Assembly (NCBI GenBank): GCA_016710885.1 | Contig: JADJUC010000002.1 | Coordinates: forward strand, 181,972 to 245,971 | Origin: Candidatus Proximibacter danicus | GTDB taxonomy: Bacteria > Pseudomonadota > Gammaproteobacteria > Burkholderiales > Rhodocyclaceae | DNA: 64,000 nt | Reading direction: 5' to 3' | Position numbers and translations under genes: made by a program | Shown here: in pieces, positions 59,073 through 64,000 of the stretch | Layout: each line of letters begins with the position of its first letter | Position numbering within the stretch: position 1 is the stretch's first letter | The notes under the pieces: model-generated | What the model was told of the DNA's origin: nothing | Seen by the model: only the letters and a program-made list of their open reading frames with translations | The model's database searches: none

Positions 59073-59270
59073 ATGACCGCGCCCCACGATGAGGTCGTTA
59101 ACGAAGGCACGCGCCGCGTCGTCGGCCGCGAAGCCCTGCGCCGGGCCAGCCGGATGGTTCGACAGTGGCAGGCCGACGAGCTTGAAAAGCAGACGCTGGC
59201 CCGCGACATCGCCATCGGATTGGCGATCCTCGGCGCCGCCATCTTCATTGCCATTCGTTTTTTCTACTGA
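59073..59270 (+). CDS. hypothetical small membrane protein
   Basis: A 65-aa ORF between coaBC and dut with a C-terminal hydrophobic helix IAIGLAILGAAIFIAIRFFY. I recognised no family. Confidence 0.35.
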   Translation: MTAPHDEVVNEGTRRVVGREALRRASRMVRQWQADELEKQTLARDIAIGLAILGAAIFIAIRFFY

Positions 59271-59282
59271 CAGGAATTTTCC

Positions 59283-59732
59283 ATGCACCGTATCGATGTC
59301 CGCATCCTCGACCCGCGCCTCAAGGAAAACCCGCCGCACTACGCCACCCCCGGTTCCGCCGGGCTGGACCTGCGCGCCTGCGTCGAAGCCCCGGTCAAGA
59401 TCCACCCGGGCGACACCATGCTGATCCCCACCGGCATCGCCATCCACCTTGCCGATCCGGGGCTGGCGGCCATGATCCTGCCGCGCTCGGGGCTGGGGCA
59501 CAAGCACGGCATCGTGCTCGGCAACCTGGTCGGCCTGATCGATTCCGATTACCAGGGCGAGATCATGGTGTCGACCTGGAACCGCGGCAAGGAAACCTTC
59601 CTGCTCAACCCGCTCGACCGCCTGGCGCAATTGGTGGTGGTGCCGGTGTTGCAGGTGGCCTTCAACGTGGTCGATGAATTCGACGCCAGCAGCCGGGGCG
59701 CCGGCGGTTTTGGCAGTACCGGCAAAGCCTGA
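59283..59732 (+). CDS. dut: dUTP diphosphatase
   Basis: [12 protein letters not shown]...[26 protein letters not shown]. Confidence 0.95.
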   Translation: MHRIDVRILDPRLKENPPHYATPGSAGLDLRACVEAPVKIHPGDTMLIPTGIAIHLADPGLAAMILPRSGLGHKHGIVLGNLVGLIDSDYQGEIMVSTWNRGKETFLLNPLDRLAQLVVVPVLQVAFNVVDEFDASSRGAGGFGSTGKA

Positions 59733-59801
59733 GCGTTGATGGCTGAGTGAGCCCGGAGTTGACGAGAGTCGCCGGCAGTCGCCTGGACTGACCGGCGGCG
59801 C

Positions 59802-60323
59802 TCAGCGGAAGTTGAAGCGTTTGCGCTCGAAGCGGCGGGAGAATCCGACCCAAAGGCCGAGAACGAGAAAAACGAAGAAGCAGGCGATGGACCAGTTGGC
59901 CATCGTCAGACCGAGGATATATTCCTTGGTGGTGCAAAAGCCGGTGGCCATGAACATCAACGGCCACTGCATGCCGAGCCAATCCACCAGACGTTCGATC
60001 AGATTCAGCTCACCCGCGCCGCACTGCGTGGCGGACTCCGGGTTGAGCTGCATCCAGGTCTGATAAAGCGCGGTGGCCATGCCGCCCGCTGAAGTCGCTG
60101 CGATCAGGCCTCCCCACAAGCGGCGCCCTTGCGGAACAACAACGCCGAAGAAGGCCCACAGCCCGACGACGAGATAAAGCACGCGCTGGAAAATGCATAG
60201 CGGGCAAGGGTTGAGACGCATCCACTCACCGATGACCAAGCCGCCGCCGACCAGCGCGGTGGCGGCGAGCAGCAACAGGGCAAAAGCAGAGCGCGGTTTT
60301 GTCGGGAGCATCACACGCATCAT
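59802..60323 (-). CDS. dsbB: disulfide bond formation protein B
   Basis: Four TM helices; NPCPLCIFQR (CxxC) and a second periplasmic Cys pair. The start is one of the clustered ATGs at 60323, 60320 or 60311. Confidence 0.8.
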   Translation of the reverse strand: MMRVMLPTKPRSAFALLLLAATALVGGGLVIGEWMRLNPCPLCIFQRVLYLVVGLWAFFGVVVPQGRRLWGGLIAATSAGGMATALYQTWMQLNPESATQCGAGELNLIERLVDWLGMQWPLMFMATGFCTTKEYILGLTMANWSIACFFVFLVLGLWVGFSRRFERKRFNFR

Positions 60324-60527
60324 GCCACCACGCGACCCCACCAGGACACGCCCAAAAATCCCGCAGCAATCATGCGACTTCCTTTCGTTTAAGGAGGGCG
60401 ATTCTACGGCATCTCGGCAAAGACCCATGCTGCGACGCAGCACGGCGCAGAAGACTTCCTTGATAAACTCCGTTTATTACTAAAGCCATAACGAAACAAC
60501 TGGGGTAGCGGAGGCTTCCTGAAATCC

Positions 60528-62675
60528 ATGGTCGAGGCCAATAAAGCGCAGGATCAGGCGACCCGCCTGCTGACACTACTTGCCGCCTGCACCCAGCTGC
60601 GCGCAGCGGCAGCCGATACGCGCGTGCTGATCGAGCAACTGTGCGATGCGCTGGTGCATGCCGGTGGCTATGCGGTCGCTGCCATCCGGCTCACTGCCAC
60701 GCATTCCTCAACGGAAGATCCGCTACGCGCACTGCGGGTCGCCGCTGGCCATGCTTCGCTGCTCTGGTCGGAACTTGAACATCTCGACGAACCCGCGTTG
60801 TCACTGCCGCTGGAATATGCGGGAGAAAACCATGGCCTGTTGCGGGTAGCGCATACCGACGGCCCTTTCGACGCCATGGAGCGGCAGGTGCTCGCAGCCA
60901 TCGCCGCCGACCTCGCTTTCAGCGCCTGTGCCTTGCGCACCCGCGACACCCACCGAGATCTTGACGACCAGTTGCGCCAGCTTTCACGTGCGCTGGAGTC
61001 GAGTTCCAACGGAGTGATGATTACTTCATCAACGCAGCTCGACCACCCCATCGTTTACGTCAACCCGGCCTTCGAGCGCATCACCGGCTACAGTGCGGCC
61101 GAAGTCGTCGGCCAGAGTGGCCGCTTTCTGGTACGCGACGATCTGGCGCAAAAAGGTCTCGCCGAAATCCGTTCAGCCCTGCGTGACCACCGCGAGGGTC
61201 ACACCGTCCTGCGCAACTACCGCAAGGACGGCCAGCTTTTCTGGAATGAACTGTCGATCGCGCCGGTACTTGACGAAAGTGGCCAGGCAACGACTCACTT
61301 CGTCAGCATCATCAACGATGTCACCGAGCGCATCACCTACGAACAGCAACTTGAATACCATGCGACGCACGACGTCCTGACCGGGCTGGCCAATCGCAAC
61401 CTGCTCAACGATCGCATCGAGCAGGCCATTCTGCTGGCGCGCCAGAACGAGCGGCTGGTTGGCGTGCTGCTGCTCGACCTTGATCGTTTCAAGCTGATCA
61501 ACGATGGCTTTGGCCATATACCGGCTGACAATCTGCTGAAAGCAGTCGCCATGAGGCTCACGAGTTGCGTGCGCGACACCGACACGGTCGCCCGCCTCGG
61601 TGGCGACGAATTCGTTGTCGTCCTCAGTAGCGTCGACGATGCCGACGGCGTTGCCAGCGTCGCCGCCAAGATACTTCGCCAGTTGACGCTGCCGCTGGGC
61701 GTCGAGGGCAAGGATGTTTTCGTCACGGCCTCCATCGGCATCGCGCTGTACCCGCGCGACGGCGAACATGGGGAAGCGCTGCTGCGCAATGCGGACGTAG
61801 CGATGTACCGGGTCAAGGAGCACGGGCGCAACAACTACCGTTTCTACACCCCGGAAATGACCCACATGGCGCTCGATCGGCTGGACATGGAAAGCAACCT
61901 GCGCCGGGCGCTTGAGCGCGACGAGATCACGGTTTTCTACCAACCCATCGTCTCGCTGAAAACCGGCACGATTGTCGGCGCCGAAGCGCTGGCGCGCTGG
62001 AACCACCCGCGCATCGGCATGATTCAGCCCATCGAATTCATCCCGCTGGCGGAAGAAACCGGTCTGATCATCCCGCTCGGTGAGCGCATCCTGCATCAGG
62101 TTTGTCACCAGTTGGCAGCCTGGCAAAGGAATGGGCTGCCGTCCATTCAGGTAGCCATCAACATCTCGGCACGGCAGTTCCGTCAGGACAACCTCACCGA
62201 CCTGCTGCGCCGCAAGCTGGCCGAAACCGGACTGGAAGGAAATACGCTGGAGTTCGAGCTGACCGAAAGCATGGTCATGCACGATGTCGAAAACGCCATC
62301 GTCATGCTACGAGAACTCAAACAGCTCGGCGTGGCACTCGCCCTCGACGATTTCGGCACCGGTTATTCAAGCCTTGCCTATCTCAAGCGCTTCCCCATTG
62401 ATGCGTTGAAGATCGACCGATCCTTCGTGCGCGACATCGATACGGAGTCCGACGATGCCGCGATTGCCCATGCCGTCATTGCCATGGCCCACAGCCTCGG
62501 CCTGCGCGTCATCGCCGAAGGGGTGGAAAACGCGGCGCAGTTGAACCTGCTGCGCGAGTATGGTTGTGACGATTTTCAGGGTTTCCTTTTCAGCCGGCCG
62601 GTACCTGCAGAAGAGTTTGCCCTGCTGCTGCAAAATGGCCGCCTGTTGCCGCCACCGGCCGGGGGCAAACAGTGA
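60528..62675 (+). CDS. GAF-like / PAS / GGDEF / EAL signalling protein
   Basis: PAS (IVYVNPAFERITGYSAAEVVG), an intact GGDEF (RLGGDEFVV) and an intact EAL (AEALARW ... DDFGTGYSSL). Confidence 0.9.
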   Translation: MVEANKAQDQATRLLTLLAACTQLRAAAADTRVLIEQLCDALVHAGGYAVAAIRLTATHSSTEDPLRALRVAAGHASLLWSELEHLDEPALSLPLEYAGENHGLLRVAHTDGPFDAMERQVLAAIAADLAFSACALRTRDTHRDLDDQLRQLSRALESSSNGVMITSSTQLDHPIVYVNPAFERITGYSAAEVVGQSGRFLVRDDLAQKGLAEIRSALRDHREGHTVLRNYRKDGQLFWNELSIAPVLDESGQATTHFVSIINDVTERITYEQQLEYHATHDVLTGLANRNLLNDRIEQAILLARQNERLVGVLLLDLDRFKLINDGFGHIPADNLLKAVAMRLTSCVRDTDTVARLGGDEFVVVLSSVDDADGVASVAAKILRQLTLPLGVEGKDVFVTASIGIALYPRDGEHGEALLRNADVAMYRVKEHGRNNYRFYTPEMTHMALDRLDMESNLRRALERDEITVFYQPIVSLKTGTIVGAEALARWNHPRIGMIQPIEFIPLAEETGLIIPLGERILHQVCHQLAAWQRNGLPSIQVAINISARQFRQDNLTDLLRRKLAETGLEGNTLEFELTESMVMHDVENAIVMLRELKQLGVALALDDFGTGYSSLAYLKRFPIDALKIDRSFVRDIDTESDDAAIAHAVIAMAHSLGLRVIAEGVENAAQLNLLREYGCDDFQGFLFSRPVPAEEFALLLQNGRLLPPPAGGKQ

Positions 62676-62917
62676 AGCGCCGACTCGGCTGGCGTCAGGT
62701 CAGCCGCGACGAACTTTCCGGACATCTTGAACATGTCGAGGTTACGGCCTCCGAAGCGGTCGGTGAAGCCAGTCTTTACCGCTGCCAGGGGAAATCAGGG
62801 GAAAGCGTAGCCATTTCTCTGCCCAGCGGCGCGGGGCTGATCATCGAATTACGACGGGAAGTCGCGCCAGTACTCGAACGCCGCCGTCAGTCGGAGCCTG
62901 GCGAAGAGGATAAATAG
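62672..62917 (+). CDS. hypothetical protein
   Basis: An 81-aa ORF whose GTG overlaps the upstream stop (GTGA). I recognised no motif. Confidence 0.3.
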   Translation: MKRRLGWRQVSRDELSGHLEHVEVTASEAVGEASLYRCQGKSGESVAISLPSGAGLIIELRREVAPVLERRRQSEPGEEDK

Positions 62918-63017
62918 CGCGTCTTTCCGCCGATCTTTCGTCAGTATCCGGCCGACATCTGCTGCCCCCCCAGCCTCCGGGCTACTCGTGCATCCGTCCA
63001 GCAGCTATGATTGCACC

Positions 63018-63725
63018 ATGAACTCACGCATCCTTCTCGTCGAAGACGACGAACGCCTCGCCGACCTCACCGCTGAATACCTGCGCAAGAACGACTTCAC
63101 CGTCGACATCGAAGGGCGCGGCGATACCGCTGAAACACGCATTCTGGAAACCCGGCCGGACCTCGTCGTCCTCGACATCATGCTGCCCGGCCAGGACGGC
63201 TTTGCCGTCTGCCGTGCGGTGCGCCCAAAATACGATGGCGTCATCCTGATGCTGACCGCCCGTGACGAGGACATCGACCAGATACTCGGGCTGGAACTCG
63301 GTGCCGACGACTACATCACCAAGCCAGTTCCCCCTCGCGTCCTGCTGGCACGGATCAAGGCGCTGCTGCGCCGCGCAACACCCACCGGCGCAGACGACAT
63401 GCCGGACGCCGACGCATCGATCACCTTCGGCAGTTTCCGCATCAGCCAGCAAACGCGCAGCGCGCTGCTCGCCGGTGAGGCCATCGATCTGACCACCGCT
63501 GAATTTGATCTGCTCTGGCTGCTCGCCCGCCACGCCGGCAGCATCCTGTCGCGCGATGACCTGCTGCAGCAACTGCGCGGCATCGGTTTTGACGGACTCG
63601 ACCGTTCCATCGACGCGCGCATCTCGCGCCTGCGCAAGAAACTCAACGACGACCCGGAAAACCCGACGCGGATCAAGACAGTGCGTGGCAAGGGCTATCT
63701 TTTCTCGCGGCATGACTGGCAGTAA
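63018..63725 (+). CDS. OmpR-family response regulator (RstA-like)
   Basis: MNSRILLVEDDERLADL...VLDIMLPGQDG...TKPV and winged helix ...TVRGKGYLF. Confidence 0.9.
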   Translation: MNSRILLVEDDERLADLTAEYLRKNDFTVDIEGRGDTAETRILETRPDLVVLDIMLPGQDGFAVCRAVRPKYDGVILMLTARDEDIDQILGLELGADDYITKPVPPRVLLARIKALLRRATPTGADDMPDADASITFGSFRISQQTRSALLAGEAIDLTTAEFDLLWLLARHAGSILSRDDLLQQLRGIGFDGLDRSIDARISRLRKKLNDDPENPTRIKTVRGKGYLFSRHDWQ

Positions 63726-64000
63726 CCCTGCAACCCCGCCAGCGTCGAAAAAGCGATTCAGCCTGCCGGCGGGTCGCTACCGGCTGTCGAAGCTCTTCTT
63801 CAACTTCTACCTGCTGGTGATGGGCAGTTTCATCGCCATCGCCGTTTTCTCCGATTTCGTCATTTCAACCGCCTTGAAAGGCATCACCGACGACTACACC
63901 CGCCACTTCATGCGCGGAACGGTGCTGACGATCGAGGAAGATCTTTTCCGCCGTCCCTCGCGCGAATGGCCAAAACGCCTGAAAGCGCTCGACGACCGTT
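63712..64000 (+). CDS. sensor histidine kinase, N-terminal fragment (runs off window end)
   Basis: Manual translation from ATG 63712 (overlapping the regulator 3' end) gives MTGSNPATPPASKKRFSLPAGRYRLSKLFFNFYLLVMGSFIAIAVFSDFV..., i.e. a TM helix followed by a periplasmic segment. Because it is open at the window edge, it is not in the ORF track. Confidence 0.7.
   Translation, partial: MTGSNPATPPASKKRFSLPAGRYRLSKLFFNFYLLVMGSFIAIAVFSDFVISTALKGITDDYTRHFMRGTVLTIEEDLFRRPSREWPKRLKALDDR

Noticed and set aside
57945-59630. 561-aa minus-strand ORF
   Set aside because: It is the antisense shadow of coaBC and dut.

Overview
The window is high-GC chromosomal DNA. Gene content suggests a denitrifying betaproteobacterium (Rhodocyclales-like); that assignment is a guess from content only.

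Gene order, left to right:
- An MCP cut by the window edge, pyruvate carboxylase and a YbjQ-like gene.
- A visibly lower-GC islet (about 5.7-8.4 kb) with two PIN toxin-antitoxin modules and an orphan outer-membrane barrel.
- A cyanophycin locus: an ABC exporter with an unusual N-terminal extension, a DUF1854 protein and two tandem cphA paralogs.
- A split cd1 nitrite reductase / heme d1 regulon. nirFDLGH and nirS-cupredoxin-nirC-Csp1-like are separated by an uncharacterised TonB-dependent module. nirE/cobA is divergent from nirS.
- menA, tRNA-Leu(CAA) and queA-tgt-(cytochrome c4)-yajC-secDF.
- Cytochrome b, a REC-GGDEF-EAL protein and cytochrome c'.
- paaK, monomeric icd and rpmBG.
- An ~11 kb LPS/lipid A modification block with a PmrAB-like two-component system.
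- radC-coaBC-dut, dsbB, a GAF-like/PAS/GGDEF/EAL protein, and an OmpR-type regulator with a truncated kinase.

Most interesting observations:
- The TonB module inside the nir regulon is preceded by an FNR-type box.
- A Tat-exported 13-Cys copper-storage-like protein sits in the nirS cluster.
- The cyanophycin-linked ABC/DUF1854 pair has no described function that I know of.
- Reading-frame lesions are unusually dense and include essential genes, so the sequence needs read-level verification.

I saw no CRISPR array, rRNA, transposase or integrase.
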